Below are positions 25,537 through 36,348 of a stretch of DNA of 64,000 nt, piece after piece. Position numbers and translations under genes: made by a program. Origin of the DNA: Candidatus Latescibacterota bacterium (GTDB lineage Bacteria; Latescibacterota; UBA2968). The notes under the pieces were generated by a model that was given only the letters and a program-made list of their open reading frames with translations, was not told the origin of the DNA and ran no database searches. The first letter of the stretch is position 1, and each line of letters begins with the position of its first letter. Location of the stretch: positions 3,680,001-3,744,000 of the forward strand of contig OZ242320.1 in NCBI GenBank assembly GCA_965208125.1, given 5' to 3'.

Positions 25537-27041
25537 GCGCCAAAGTTCCGGTGTGGATGACCGTCGATTACCCAGGTGTCTTTGCTGTGAACAAACGCAT
25601 GCGTAGGAACGACAAAATTCTCGCGCTCGGGTGCGCTGCGCGTGAGGCCTCCGGGCATTACCGAGTATGTATTTTGATGGGAGACTGCAAAGGCTGTGAG
25701 GGTGGTGTAGCGAGATTCGAGATGGCCGTTGATCAGGGAAGGCGCCGTTGCAAAGCTGACGTGTTCCAGGCCTGCGTAATGGGTGGGATTTGCCCTGATG
25801 CGATCGCGCCAGACTTCGCGCTCGGATCGGCTGAGCAAGGCGCCGAAGACGCGGGGAATAGCGGATTGCTGATCAATTGGACAGAGAACCAGGCTGTCGA
25901 GATGATCGAGCACATAGTTCATTTCCCGCACTTGCCCACACCACCAGGTGGCTATTGAGGGCAGGATGAGATCTTCGCCCAGCAAGTGTTGTGCAATGCC
26001 GGGCAAAAAAGGCATCAAGCCCAGATTTTCGAGCATGCCACTGCCCAGGGGATTGGCAATGACTACATGCCCATTTCGCACAGCATTGAGCAGACCGGCA
26101 ACGCCGAGTTTCGATTCTTCGTTGAGTTCCAATGGGTCGCAAAAATCGTCATTAATGTGGCGCAAAATGATATCGACGGGATGCAAGCCATCGATGGATT
26201 TGAGCCACACGCGCCCATCGCGCACGGTGAGGTCATCGCCTTGCACAAGGGTATAACCCAGATAAGCCGAGAGATATGCATGCTCAAAATAGGTGGCGTT
26301 AAAAGGTCCCGGGGTCAGTACAACGATCCGGGGGTTTTCTTTATTCTGAGGAGCAATTTGAGACAGGCCAGCCTGAAAGGTGCGAAAAAAATCGGCCAGG
26401 CGTCGCACATTGCAGTCGTTGAACAAGACGGGCATGATGCGCGATATCGCGGTTCTGTTTTCGAGCGCGTATCCCAGGCCCGAAGGTGCCTGTGTGTGGT
26501 CGTACAAAACCCACATCTGTCCATCGGGTCCCCGCGCGAGATTGGCGGCATAGACGCGCAATTGATGTTCAACAGGCAAAAAGACATCTTTGCAGGATCT
26601 CAAAAAACCAGCGTGATTGTAGATGAGTTCAAAGGGTAAAAGGCCCTCTCGGATGAGTGTTTGGGGACCGTAGATGTCCTTGAGCACGAGGTTGAGTAAT
26701 TCGGCGCGTTGAGATACACCTCGCGCAATATGGGTCCAGTCATTTGCCTGAAGCAGGAGGGGGATAGGATCGAGTTCCCAGGGTCGGTGCAAGCCATCGG
26801 GATTGCCGTGTACGTTGTACGTAACGCCGTTTTCGCGGAGCAACAATCGCGCTTCCTGATGGCGGCGCGCCAGTTCTTTGCTGCCCATGCGTTCTATTGC
26901 GTGAAAAAAGGGATGCCAATGGGCGCGCACCCCATCTTTTTGGTCCCACATTTCGTCGTAAGAACCGGGTTCGATGGCATACCCTTCGGGCATAATATCG
27001 GCAATTGGGGTTTTGGACAAAGCTGGTTCCCCGGACAACAA
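25533..27041 (-). CDS. Circularly permuted ATP-grasp protein (divergent copy)
   Basis: PSGLGYALENR, LTPGPFNATYFEH, MPGGLTR, SKDTWV. Start is uncertain (alternative ATG at 26993). Confidence 0.85.
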   Translation of the reverse strand: MLSGEPALSKTPIADIMPEGYAIEPGSYDEMWDQKDGVRAHWHPFFHAIERMGSKELARRHQEARLLLRENGVTYNVHGNPDGLHRPWELDPIPLLLQANDWTHIARGVSQRAELLNLVLKDIYGPQTLIREGLLPFELIYNHAGFLRSCKDVFLPVEHQLRVYAANLARGPDGQMWVLYDHTQAPSGLGYALENRTAISRIMPVLFNDCNVRRLADFFRTFQAGLSQIAPQNKENPRIVVLTPGPFNATYFEHAYLSAYLGYTLVQGDDLTVRDGRVWLKSIDGLHPVDIILRHINDDFCDPLELNEESKLGVAGLLNAVRNGHVVIANPLGSGMLENLGLMPFLPGIAQHLLGEDLILPSIATWWCGQVREMNYVLDHLDSLVLCPIDQQSAIPRVFGALLSRSEREVWRDRIRANPTHYAGLEHVSFATAPSLINGHLESRYTTLTAFAVSHQNTYSVMPGGLTRSAPERENFVVPTHAFVHSKDTWVIDGHPHRNFGA

Positions 27042-27056
27042 AAAAAGAGGAAGATT

Positions 27057-28016
27057 TCAGGCGGTCGTGGAGGAAGGCGCAGTTGCGAAGAAGGTTTCGA
27101 AAATAGCGTTATCAAGCTGGTTGAGCCGCGTTTGAAATGCGTCGAGGTATTCGTGCAGACCCCGCGTGATGATTTCATCTATACTGGTGTAATCCAGTTC
27201 GGCGAGCAGGCGACCCAGTACTTGTTCGGACGTGTTTTGAAAAGAGTCTTCGGGCGTACCCGATATGGTGTGCAAGGATTGATTGGCCCTGGAAAGACAG
27301 TATCGAATAGCGCGGGGAAATTCGCGGTTTAAGAGCAAGAAATCGACTACATTATGGGGGTCGATAGGGCCATATTGCTTGCGATACATTTCGAGGGCAC
27401 TGGCAGATTTGAGCAATGCCGACCACTGGATATTGTCAAAGGGCGTGCCCACATCATCAACTTCGGGCAATAAAAAAAAGTATTTGACATCGAGGATGCG
27501 CGAGGTCTTATCGGCGCGTTCTAAGTCCCGACCCAGTTGAGCAAATTGCCATGCTTCATTGTGAGACAGGGTGTTGCGCTGAATGCCAGTGAACAGGTGG
27601 CTGGCCATGATGATATCTGTAAAGTAGGTATGGGGAGCATCCTGTGCCTGGGGTTTGTCGATGTTTTGCACCTGCAAGTAGAATTTGTTAATCTGTTCCC
27701 ACATTTCCGTTGAAATAATTTCTCGGATAGCACGCGCATTTTCACGGGCGTTTTGCAAGCAGGAGATAATGGAGTTGGGATTTACGGGACTAAATGTCAG
27801 GAAGTCGATGACGCTGGCCTGGTTGTCCGTTGCGTAGTTTTCGTAGAACAGGTCCTGATCGCCTGTGGTGAGCACAAGCGGTTCCCACTGACCTTTGGCT
27901 TCAACGGGTAAGTCGAGCATCAAGTGACAATTGACCTCAATAAAGCGGGCGACATTTTCGGCGCGTTCAAGATAACGACTCATCCAGTAAATGGATTCTG
28001 CAGCGCGGCTTAACAT
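27057..28016 (-). CDS. Alpha-E domain protein
   Basis: MLSRAAESIYWMSRYLERAENVAR, ARENAR, LERADKTSR, FPRAI. Confidence 0.92.
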   Translation of the reverse strand: MLSRAAESIYWMSRYLERAENVARFIEVNCHLMLDLPVEAKGQWEPLVLTTGDQDLFYENYATDNQASVIDFLTFSPVNPNSIISCLQNARENARAIREIISTEMWEQINKFYLQVQNIDKPQAQDAPHTYFTDIIMASHLFTGIQRNTLSHNEAWQFAQLGRDLERADKTSRILDVKYFFLLPEVDDVGTPFDNIQWSALLKSASALEMYRKQYGPIDPHNVVDFLLLNREFPRAIRYCLSRANQSLHTISGTPEDSFQNTSEQVLGRLLAELDYTSIDEIITRGLHEYLDAFQTRLNQLDNAIFETFFATAPSSTTA

Positions 28017-28030
28017 AAGATGGCTCGGCG

Positions 28031-29512
28031 TTAGTGCGTTTGTGAAAGGTATCTGTATGGGACAAGTGGATCGTCGCTGTCGTATAATACCCAGGTGTCT
28101 TTGCTTCCCCCACCTTGTGAAGAATTGACTACCAGAGATCCTTTTTTAAGGGCCACGCGCGTCAGCCCGCCGGGCAAGACATAAGTATCTTCGCCATTGT
28201 AGAGAATATAGGGCCGCAAATCGACGTGCCTACCTTCAAAGTGGTCTTCTACCAGAATAGGGCTTCGCGAGAGTGAAATGGTGGGCTGTGCAATATAATT
28301 GCGTGGGTTTTTGGTGATGCGGTTGGCAAAGTCTTCGCGTTCGGCTCGTGTGGAATTTACGCCAATGAGCATGCCGTATCCGCCCGACTCATTGGCGGCT
28401 TTGACCACAAGGGTGTCCAGGTTTTCGAGTACATGCTGGCGTTGCTTGTCGTCCCAACAAACATAGGTAGGCACATTGGGCAGCAAGATGTCTTCGTTGA
28501 GATAATATTTGATGATTTGTGGCACATAAGCATATACGACCTTGTCGTCGGCAACACCTGTGCCGGGCGCATTCGCAATGGCGACTTGACCGTTTTTATA
28601 GACCTCCAGGAGTCCGGGCACGCCCAGCATGGAATCGGGACGAAAGACTTCTGGATCGAGAAATTCGGCATCAATGCGCCGATAAATAACGTCGATGCGC
28701 TGAAATCCACGGGTCGTCCGCATCGATACAGAACCATCGGCAACGACGAGGTCCCGCCCTTCGACCAATTCGACACCCATTTGTTGGGCGAGAAAGGCAT
28801 GTTCAAAATAGGCCGAGTTGTAGATGCCGGGTGTGAGTAAAACGACCGTTGGCGATGTGACATGGGTAGGAGATAGAGAACGCAGTGTGTTGAGCAATTG
28901 AGCGGGATAGTCATCGACATGTCGCACATGAGAAGCTTCAAATACTTCTGGAAATATGCGTTTGAGAACCTCCCGATTTTCAAGTACATAAGACACACCC
29001 GAAGGACAGCGCATGTTGTCTTCAAGGATGTAAAACTGGCCGTCGCTATCGCGCACGAGGTCAATGCCGGAAATGTGACACCATACATCTTTGGGTGGCG
29101 AAAGGCCAATGCAGGGTTTTAGAAATTCTTTGGCTGTGTCGATGACGTAGCGGGGAATGATGCCGTCTTTGAGGATTTTTTGCTCGGTGTAGATGTCGCA
29201 GAGAAAGAGGTTGAGGGCCTGAATGCGTTGCGTGAGGCCATTTTCGATGTAGGCCCAGTCGGTATGAGAAACGATGCGGGGAATGATGTCGAAGGGAAAA
29301 ATTTTCTCGACGCCAGCTTCGTGGCCATACACGTTGAACGTGATGCCCATGTTCATCAGGGCCAGTTCGGCGGCTTGGTGGCGTTTTTGGAGTTCGTCTT
29401 TGGAGAGTTCGCCGAGTGTTTCGAGGAGCAATCGCGCGCCGGGATGGGGCGTGTTCGGAGATTCAAAGAGTTCGTCGTAAAATCCGCCGAGTTCATAAGA
29501 TGAAAAGTCCAT
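28031..29512 (-). CDS. Circularly permuted ATP-grasp protein (type 2)
   Basis: [48 protein letters not shown]; start trimmed to MDFSSY. Confidence 0.92.
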   Translation of the reverse strand: MDFSSYELGGFYDELFESPNTPHPGARLLLETLGELSKDELQKRHQAAELALMNMGITFNVYGHEAGVEKIFPFDIIPRIVSHTDWAYIENGLTQRIQALNLFLCDIYTEQKILKDGIIPRYVIDTAKEFLKPCIGLSPPKDVWCHISGIDLVRDSDGQFYILEDNMRCPSGVSYVLENREVLKRIFPEVFEASHVRHVDDYPAQLLNTLRSLSPTHVTSPTVVLLTPGIYNSAYFEHAFLAQQMGVELVEGRDLVVADGSVSMRTTRGFQRIDVIYRRIDAEFLDPEVFRPDSMLGVPGLLEVYKNGQVAIANAPGTGVADDKVVYAYVPQIIKYYLNEDILLPNVPTYVCWDDKQRQHVLENLDTLVVKAANESGGYGMLIGVNSTRAEREDFANRITKNPRNYIAQPTISLSRSPILVEDHFEGRHVDLRPYILYNGEDTYVLPGGLTRVALKKGSLVVNSSQGGGSKDTWVLYDSDDPLVPYRYLSQTH

Positions 29513-29812
29513 GTGTTCACCATCTATCAAAAGAAGGCTTACGTGACGTGGTGAAAAAATAATAAAGCGGTGGAGAGCACCTGTCAATTGTTTTTTGGGT
29601 GAACGACGAGTCGGGATTTTAGGATGAGAAGATGAGCAGGATGAAAGGCGGGAGGTATCCGCAGATGGACGCAGATGAGTAGCGTCACATCTCATCACCA
29701 TTGCATTGACCACGTACTGCAATTACAGTATATTTTCTATTGAATCGTAAAATGCGGTTTTAATCTATTATCTTGTTTCTACTTTAGGCCATTATTTTTC
29801 GGAGGTACGGTT

Positions 29813-31660
29813 ATGGCTATCGCTATTCAAAGTTTCCAGGATCGGCTCATGGACGGGGATATGACCCTGGATGTTTCTCCGGTAGTGGATCCGAGCAATC
29901 TGGTGTATCACAAATTGTGCTCTGCTGATGATTTTGAAGAAGGCGAAGGGAAGCCGTTTACGGTGGAGGGCACCCACATCGCCGTTTTCTGCTACGAGGG
30001 GAGGTTCAATGCGGTAGATAACCGCTGTCCGCATATGGGATATCCGATGTCCGAGGGCAGCGTTCGGGATGGGGTCCTGATTTGTCACTGGCACCACTGG
30101 GAGTTCGACCTTAAGACGGGCGGTTGTTTCATAACCTCCGGAGCTGGAAACGATCTGAAGAGCTTTCCCGTGGAGGTGCGGGACGACGGGTGTCTGTACG
30201 TGGGGCTTGCACCGGGCGAAAAAGAGGCGGCCAGACGCCGGCAGATTGACCGGGGGAAGTATATTCTTGAGCAGGGTCTGAAAGATCGGAGTTCGCTCCT
30301 GATTGCCAAGGCGATTACCGCGCTAAAGGCTGCAGGCGCCACGCCGCAGGAGATGATCCAACAGGGACTTTTTTACGGGGCATATAAATCGAATGAGGGT
30401 TGGTCATCGGGCGTGGCCATTTTGACGCTGGCTGCAAATATGTTGGAAGATGTAGGTGAGAGGGACCACAATCTTTTCCTGGTCCACGGGCTGACACAGA
30501 TTTCCAGACGCACATCAGGAGGTTCGCGGCGGCAGGGTTTCCCTTTGCCCAAAACATCGGACGAACCTGATCTGGCGACCCTCAAACGCTGGTTCCGGCG
30601 GCTGGTGGATCAGCGCAGCAGCAGCGCTGCACAGCGTATTCTGATGACCCTGTACGACCGTGGGTATTCACCAGAAGAGATTGCGGATATTGTTTTTACC
30701 ACGGCGACGGATTTCTATTTTACCGGGGACGGTCACGCGCTCGATTTCGCGAATAAAATGTTCGAGGCCTTAGATTATGTAGATTGGGAAGGGGCGAATG
30801 AGATTTTGCGACCGATTGTGGTCGATTTAGTGGGCAGGGAACGACACGAGGAGACCGCCCGATGGGAAGACAGCGTGCCGGTCCTGGAAGATATTTTCAC
30901 CCGTCTGGACGGGATGTGGGAGGCGAACCAGGAGAACGAGGCACCGCTGGATATTTCTGCTTTTACGCAGACGCTGCTGGGGGAGGCGTTCGAGCCGATT
31001 GTCGCCGAGATAGAAGACAAACTGCGCGAAGGTGTGAAGCCCACGGATATCTGCCGGGCGATGACCTATGCCGGGGCCATCCGCACGGCGCGGTTCCACC
31101 TCAAGAACGAGGGGGACTGGCACGATGTGGCGAATATTTACTCTTATGCCCATGCCCTCTATCGCGCTTTCCACCTGGCGCCGAGCGCAGAGCTTTTGCG
31201 CGGCATTTTCCACGGCGCTGTGTTTATGACCTATTTGCGCTGGCTCAACATGCCAGCGGCCCGCCTGCCCAGGGAAGGACAGCGGCTGGACGAGACGTTC
31301 GCATCTGAGGACAAGATGTTGGACCGGCTACAGGAGTTTGCGGATTTCCAGAAGGTCTTCGAGGCTGAGGTGCTGGTAAGCCAGTACCTGGAGGAAGGAT
31401 ACGATATCACGAAGCTCAGGCATACTTTGGCCCATATTATGCTGCGCGAGGATGCGGAACTGCACATGTTCCAGGTGCTGGAGGTGGCGTTCCGGCACTA
31501 CGACCTGTCGGACGATCCGAAGGAGAAGCGTATGCACCTGCTGGCAGCGACCCGGTATATTACCGCCCAGAAGGTGATGAAGGGGATTCTGTGGTCCACG
31601 GAGAACGCGGAGCGGCTGCAGCGCGGGGAACTGCTAAGCGAGCGGGATGATGATAATTAG
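29813..31660 (+). CDS. Rieske 2Fe-2S domain fused to a long helical domain of unknown function
   Basis: NRCPHMG...ICHWHHWEFD; RBS GGAGG. Confidence 0.85.
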   Translation: MAIAIQSFQDRLMDGDMTLDVSPVVDPSNLVYHKLCSADDFEEGEGKPFTVEGTHIAVFCYEGRFNAVDNRCPHMGYPMSEGSVRDGVLICHWHHWEFDLKTGGCFITSGAGNDLKSFPVEVRDDGCLYVGLAPGEKEAARRRQIDRGKYILEQGLKDRSSLLIAKAITALKAAGATPQEMIQQGLFYGAYKSNEGWSSGVAILTLAANMLEDVGERDHNLFLVHGLTQISRRTSGGSRRQGFPLPKTSDEPDLATLKRWFRRLVDQRSSSAAQRILMTLYDRGYSPEEIADIVFTTATDFYFTGDGHALDFANKMFEALDYVDWEGANEILRPIVVDLVGRERHEETARWEDSVPVLEDIFTRLDGMWEANQENEAPLDISAFTQTLLGEAFEPIVAEIEDKLREGVKPTDICRAMTYAGAIRTARFHLKNEGDWHDVANIYSYAHALYRAFHLAPSAELLRGIFHGAVFMTYLRWLNMPAARLPREGQRLDETFASEDKMLDRLQEFADFQKVFEAEVLVSQYLEEGYDITKLRHTLAHIMLREDAELHMFQVLEVAFRHYDLSDDPKEKRMHLLAATRYITAQKVMKGILWSTENAERLQRGELLSERDDDN

Positions 31661-31694
31661 GACAAGGGGCAGGTGAAGGCATAGGGCTGAACAG

Positions 31695-31728
31695 GCAGTA
31701 GCAGGTAATATCCTGCTACTGTTTTTTT
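31695..31728 (+). terminator. Intrinsic terminator
   Basis: GCAGTAGCAGG-TAATAT-CCTGCTACTGT followed by a T run. Confidence 0.85.
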
Positions 31729-31736
31729 GTGTGCCA

Positions 31737-32732
31737 CTATCTGATCGATAGAAATTTTCCACCTTGTCGCGCCGATTCTTCGGCTGTGATGCAGGCATTG
31801 GCAACGGCGAGGGTATCGTCTGTTGAGATCGAGTTTTCTTCACCGCGCGAGAGTGCATCAATCATATTTTCAACAAATGCGTGATTGGTTGAGGAAGGGA
31901 GTTTGGGTTCGTAAGTGCCCGATTTGTTGGAGACAATGAGCACGTGGTCGTCGGCATAGGCACGCAAGTGTGCCGAGCCTTCGGTGCCCATAATAATGAA
32001 TCGCGTGTCGCCAAAAGATCGCGCATCGTTTGGGGTGAGCCAATCGGCAGTGGCGGTGGCAAGTGCGCCATTGTCGAGTTGAAACGAAGCCTGGACGTGA
32101 TCGAATGTGAGGCCCGTGTCGATGTGTTTTTTGAGCGTGCCGAGCGCGTGAACCCCCGTGTATTCTGCGCCGGTGAGCCAGCGAACCTGATCTACGCCGT
32201 GACCTGCCAGGTCGTGGAATGTACCCACATATTTGTCTGCATCAAAGTAGAGGGCGGGGGGATTTGCGCCGAGTTTGTGCGGATGCGTGGTGATAAGGCT
32301 CACGAGGTCACCCAAATCGCCATTTTGAATCGCCTGTCTCAATGCGATAAAGGCTCCATAACTGCGAGATGTAAAAAAGGTGGAAAGTTTGATATTATTT
32401 TTTGCAACAGCCGTTTTGATGCGTTTTAATTCTTCCTTCGTTCGGCAGAGCGGTTTGTCGAGTAGCATGTGGACGCCAGCTGCGGCACACGTTTCAATGA
32501 CAGGCGTTTTTTCGTGATGCTCAAGACCCTCAATTACCAGGTCGGGTTTTGCTTTTTCGAGCATCAGGTCGAGTGTGGCAAAGCGGGTGATGTTGTGGTC
32601 TGCGGTATATTTTTTATAAAGTGCGTCATCTGATTCTACAATACCGACGATTTTGCCATTTGGCGCGTTGATCGCCGAGTGAAACATACCGCTTATATGT
32701 CCGTAGTGCATGCCCATAATACCGATTTTCAT
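31737..32732 (-). CDS. Gfo/Idh/MocA family oxidoreductase
   Basis: MKIGIMG Rossmann fold, HMLLDKP, DLAGHGVD. Confidence 0.88.
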   Translation of the reverse strand: MKIGIMGMHYGHISGMFHSAINAPNGKIVGIVESDDALYKKYTADHNITRFATLDLMLEKAKPDLVIEGLEHHEKTPVIETCAAAGVHMLLDKPLCRTKEELKRIKTAVAKNNIKLSTFFTSRSYGAFIALRQAIQNGDLGDLVSLITTHPHKLGANPPALYFDADKYVGTFHDLAGHGVDQVRWLTGAEYTGVHALGTLKKHIDTGLTFDHVQASFQLDNGALATATADWLTPNDARSFGDTRFIIMGTEGSAHLRAYADDHVLIVSNKSGTYEPKLPSSTNHAFVENMIDALSRGEENSISTDDTLAVANACITAEESARQGGKFLSIR

Positions 32733-32745
32733 AATAGCGTCCTTC

Positions 32746-33522
32746 CTACGCTCGCCATCTGCGCGATTCGAGCACCGTATGTGTTAAAAAAAGAAAAAAA
32801 GCCGCAGCACTAACAAAAAATACCACGTCGTGCGTATCGACAACACCGTGAATCATGTCTCGGGTGTGTTCTATAAGGGAGAGAAATTTCAAAATAACAA
32901 AAAATATATCGCTGGCAAAACGCGCAGCCCAGTCGATAATCCACAACAGTATTAAAAAGAAAAAAGACAACACAGCTGCGATAATCTGGTTCTCAGTCAA
33001 AGACGACGCCAAAATGCCCACACTGATAAATGTGGCGCCAATCAACACCACAGCCAGCGCACCGGAAAAAATGGGGCCCCAGTCTAATTGCGCATGCATA
33101 GACAACACGCCAATATAGCCGAAGGCCATTGCTTCGATTAGCAAATACAATACATAACAAGCGAGAAATTTGCCTATCAAAATTTGTGCCGAAGTTACCG
33201 GTGAAGTCATCAATAACTCATACGTGCCCCCGCGTTTTTCCTCGGCGTAGAGACGCATCGTGAGCATTGGAATCACAATCATCCAGATAAAAATCTGAAA
33301 TTCAAAAAATGGTGTGGCAACTTCTGTATTGACGTTTAGTAGCATTTTTTCTTCGCGTTCTGCCAATTTCAGATATACGGTCATATCGTGAAATTCGAGC
33401 AACTGATTGCGAAAAACAAAGCCGCTAAATAGCAAAAACACGCTGGCCATCACGTATGCAATTGGCGAGCCAAAATACGACCGCATCTCTTTGCCAAAAA
33501 TCGCCATTATATTGCCCATCAC
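32746..33522 (-). CDS. ABC-2 permease (GldF-like)
   Basis: KEMRSYFGSPIAY, LTMRLYAEEKRGGTYELLMTSP; about 6 TM. Confidence 0.88.
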   Translation of the reverse strand: MMGNIMAIFGKEMRSYFGSPIAYVMASVFLLFSGFVFRNQLLEFHDMTVYLKLAEREEKMLLNVNTEVATPFFEFQIFIWMIVIPMLTMRLYAEEKRGGTYELLMTSPVTSAQILIGKFLACYVLYLLIEAMAFGYIGVLSMHAQLDWGPIFSGALAVVLIGATFISVGILASSLTENQIIAAVLSFFFLILLWIIDWAARFASDIFFVILKFLSLIEHTRDMIHGVVDTHDVVFFVSAAAFFLFLTHTVLESRRWRA

Positions 33523-34445
33523 ACCTCCTCCTCGTGCATGGTCAGAGCGTGAAAAATTTCTTCCAAAGACATGGCTTCACGCTTCATTTCCACCAGTCCC
33601 ATGCCCAATTCGACAATGCGAGCCGATACTGCGGCACTCAAATCCGCTTCAGCCTGCCAATGGACATGCAGCCCATTTTTTGTTCGCGTCACATCGCTAA
33701 TCCCTTCAATAGCGGCAATCGCTTTGGCGGCAATATCCTCATCGCCCGATATCCGAACAAAAAATCGCGTTGTGTCGCGCATATGAGCTGTGAGATTTTC
33801 TGGTGTATCAACAGCGACAATTTTGCCTTCGTGAATAATGATCACGCGATTGCAGGTCATTTCAACTTCGGGCAAAATATGAGTGCTCAAAATTACCGTG
33901 CGCTCCTGGGCAAGTTCGCGGATCAATTGTCGCACCTCGATGATCTGATTGGGATCGAGGCCCGAAGTCGGCTCGTCCATGATGATTACTTCAGGGTTGT
34001 GCAATATCGCCTGTGCAAGCCCTACCCGCTGTCGATATCCTCTGGACAAATGACCGATGAGTTGCTCGGTGCGATCCACAAGCCCGCATTGGACAACGAC
34101 TTCATCAATTCGCCGTCTGGATTCTTTTGGCGCAACGCCCTTGATTTTAGCGATAAACTCCAGATATGTACGCACGCGCATATCGCGATACAGAGGCGGC
34201 AATTCGGGCAAATACCCAATACGTTTTTTGACTTCCAATGGATTGTCAAAAATGTCGTAGCCGGCAATGCGCGCTGTGCCTTCTGTGGCGGGCAAAAAAC
34301 AGGTAAGCACGCGCATGGTCGTGGTTTTGCCCGCGCCGTTTGGCCCCAAAAAACCGACAATTTCGCCCTTACCCACTTGAAATGAAATGTCGTCAACAGC
34401 CGTAAATGCGCCGTATCGCTTTGTCAGGCGATCAACTTCTATCAC
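33519..34445 (-). CDS. ABC transporter ATP-binding protein (GldA-like)
   Basis: GPNGAGKTT, LSRGYRQR, IMDEPTSGLD, STH. Confidence 0.92.
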   Translation of the reverse strand: MIEVDRLTKRYGAFTAVDDISFQVGKGEIVGFLGPNGAGKTTTMRVLTCFLPATEGTARIAGYDIFDNPLEVKKRIGYLPELPPLYRDMRVRTYLEFIAKIKGVAPKESRRRIDEVVVQCGLVDRTEQLIGHLSRGYRQRVGLAQAILHNPEVIIMDEPTSGLDPNQIIEVRQLIRELAQERTVILSTHILPEVEMTCNRVIIIHEGKIVAVDTPENLTAHMRDTTRFFVRISGDEDIAAKAIAAIEGISDVTRTKNGLHVHWQAEADLSAAVSARIVELGMGLVEMKREAMSLEEIFHALTMHEEEV

Positions 34446-34455
34446 GTCTTGCTCC

Positions 34456-35352
34456 TTATCCCTTAATTTTTTTTGCCCGCATTCTGAAAAATTGCATCAA
34501 CGGTTCGTGATACGCTCCTTGAGTCGAAATATTCACGGCGTCTAAGCCCATACGTCGAAACAATGCGTCGCGGTCATCGCGCTCTTTTCGCGTTAGCTTT
34601 TGGAACGCATCTCGTACTGCTGTATTGCCAAAATCGACCATTATGCCTTCGCCCGTCTCAGCATCTTCCAACTCCACAATGCCAATTGCAGGCAGATCGT
34701 ACTCCCGCGGATCTTCCAGTGCTATCGCTACCAGATCATGACGTCGATTGGCAACGCGCAATGCTTTCTCATAGTCAGAAGCGAAAAAATCCGATACCAG
34801 AAACACAACGCTGCGCCGATAGGTCACGCGATTTAAATACTCCAAGGCAGTATTGATATTTGTACTGCGTCCTGAGGGCTGAAAATACAACAATTCTCGA
34901 ATTACGCGTAGCACATGCTTTTTGCCCTTTTTGGGGGGAATAAATAACTCGACTTCGTCGGTAAAAATGATCAGTCCCACACGATCGTTATTCTGAATTG
35001 CGGAAAAGGCGAGCAAAGCGCAGATCTCAGCACCTATCTCGCCTTTCATTTGCGCCACCGTTCCAAAGTCACCTGACGTACTCGCATCCACCATCAATAT
35101 CACGGTGAGTTCGCGCTCCTCATCGAATACTTTGACAAAAGGATCGCCCATACGCGCTGTCACATTCCAGTCAATTGTGCGAACATCATCGCCGGGCTGA
35201 TATTCTCGCACTTCTGCAAACGCCATGCCCCTGCCTTTAAATACCGAATGGTATTCGCCGGCAAATATTGTATTTACCAGATTGCGCGTGCGCAACTCAA
35301 TGCGTTTCACTTTTTTTAAAATTTCAGTTGGAATCATGGTAAAAACTATCAC
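34456..35352 (-). CDS. DUF58 protein (MoxR-associated)
   Basis: GRGMAFAEVREYQPGDDVRTIDWNVTAR, VDASTS, LVSDF. Confidence 0.9.
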   Translation of the reverse strand: MIVFTMIPTEILKKVKRIELRTRNLVNTIFAGEYHSVFKGRGMAFAEVREYQPGDDVRTIDWNVTARMGDPFVKVFDEERELTVILMVDASTSGDFGTVAQMKGEIGAEICALLAFSAIQNNDRVGLIIFTDEVELFIPPKKGKKHVLRVIRELLYFQPSGRSTNINTALEYLNRVTYRRSVVFLVSDFFASDYEKALRVANRRHDLVAIALEDPREYDLPAIGIVELEDAETGEGIMVDFGNTAVRDAFQKLTRKERDDRDALFRRMGLDAVNISTQGAYHEPLMQFFRMRAKKIKG

Positions 35353-36344
35353 GGCACTTCAACGTGGTCGAATATTTGGCGGGCGATTTCTTCGGAGTTA
35401 ATTTCCTCAGCTTCTGCCTCGTAAGTTACCAGTACGCGGTGGCGCAATACGTCCATGCCAATGGCTTTCACATCTTCGGGAGTGACATAGCCGCGGTGGC
35501 GCAAAAACGCATGCGCTTTGGCAGCGCGGGTCAGGGCGATAGACGCGCGTGGCGATCCGCCAAATTCGATCAGGGCGCGTAAATCACCCAAACCATAAGC
35601 CTCTGGATCGCGGGTCGCCAACACGAGATCGACGATATAATCTTTGATTTTGTCATCCACATAAATCTCGTCGGCTACACTCCGCGCGCGAATGAGATCG
35701 TCAGTTGTTATGACTGTCTCAATTTGAGGGGGTGCAGCGCGGCTCATGCGATCGACAATGGCGCGTTCTTCCTGTTTATTGGGATATGTTACCCGCACTT
35801 TTAGCATAAAGCGATCAACCTGTGCCTCGGGCAGTGGATAGGTCCCCTCTTGTTCGATGGGATTTTGCGTGGCCAGCACCAAAAAGGGATCGGGCATGGC
35901 AAATGTTTCGTTTCCAATGGTAACTTGACGCTCTTGCATGGCTTCGAGCATGGCACTTTGCACTTTTGACGGTGCGCGATTGACTTCATCGGCGAGTACG
36001 AGTTGGGCAAAAATAGGCCCTTTTTGAGCCATAAATTCGCCCGTCTCCCGGTGATAGACCATTGTGCCAATCAGGTCTGCGGGCAACAAATCGGGTGTAA
36101 ACTGAATGCGTTTAAAAGATGCCTGAATCGCATGAGCCAATGAATTGACGGCTAAAGTTTTCGCAAGACCGGGAACGCCTTCGAGCAAGACATGCCCGTT
36201 GCACAATAGACCGATTAACAATCGCTCAATCATGTCCTGTTGTCCGACAATGACCTTGCCCACCTCGGACAATAATCGATCTACAAACGCGCTTTCGCGC
36301 CCAACCCGTTCATTGATTAATTGAATATCTTGTCCAACTGTCAT
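35349..36344 (-). CDS. moxR: MoxR-family AAA+ ATPase
   Basis: GVPGLAKT, RIQFTPDLLPAD, LADEVNRA, ATQNPIEQEGTYPLPEAQVDRF. Confidence 0.93.
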   Translation of the reverse strand: MTVGQDIQLINERVGRESAFVDRLLSEVGKVIVGQQDMIERLLIGLLCNGHVLLEGVPGLAKTLAVNSLAHAIQASFKRIQFTPDLLPADLIGTMVYHRETGEFMAQKGPIFAQLVLADEVNRAPSKVQSAMLEAMQERQVTIGNETFAMPDPFLVLATQNPIEQEGTYPLPEAQVDRFMLKVRVTYPNKQEERAIVDRMSRAAPPQIETVITTDDLIRARSVADEIYVDDKIKDYIVDLVLATRDPEAYGLGDLRALIEFGGSPRASIALTRAAKAHAFLRHRGYVTPEDVKAIGMDVLRHRVLVTYEAEAEEINSEEIARQIFDHVEVP

Positions 36345-36348
36345 TGTA

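Noticed and set aside
29513-29722. 70-aa N-terminal extension of the ATP-grasp gene
   Set aside because: Non-homologous sequence in the divergent promoter region; ATG 29512 fits the family start.
29701-29722. TTGCA-N12-TGCAA as an NtrC site
   Set aside because: Spacing does not match the NtrC consensus and no sigma54 motif was evident.
33456-34385. 309-aa plus-strand ORF
   Set aside because: Antisense shadow of the ABC ATPase gene.
35349-36344. MoxR as partner of the vWA protein at 1947
   Set aside because: More than 30 kb apart, opposite strand, and MoxR already has its DUF58 partner.
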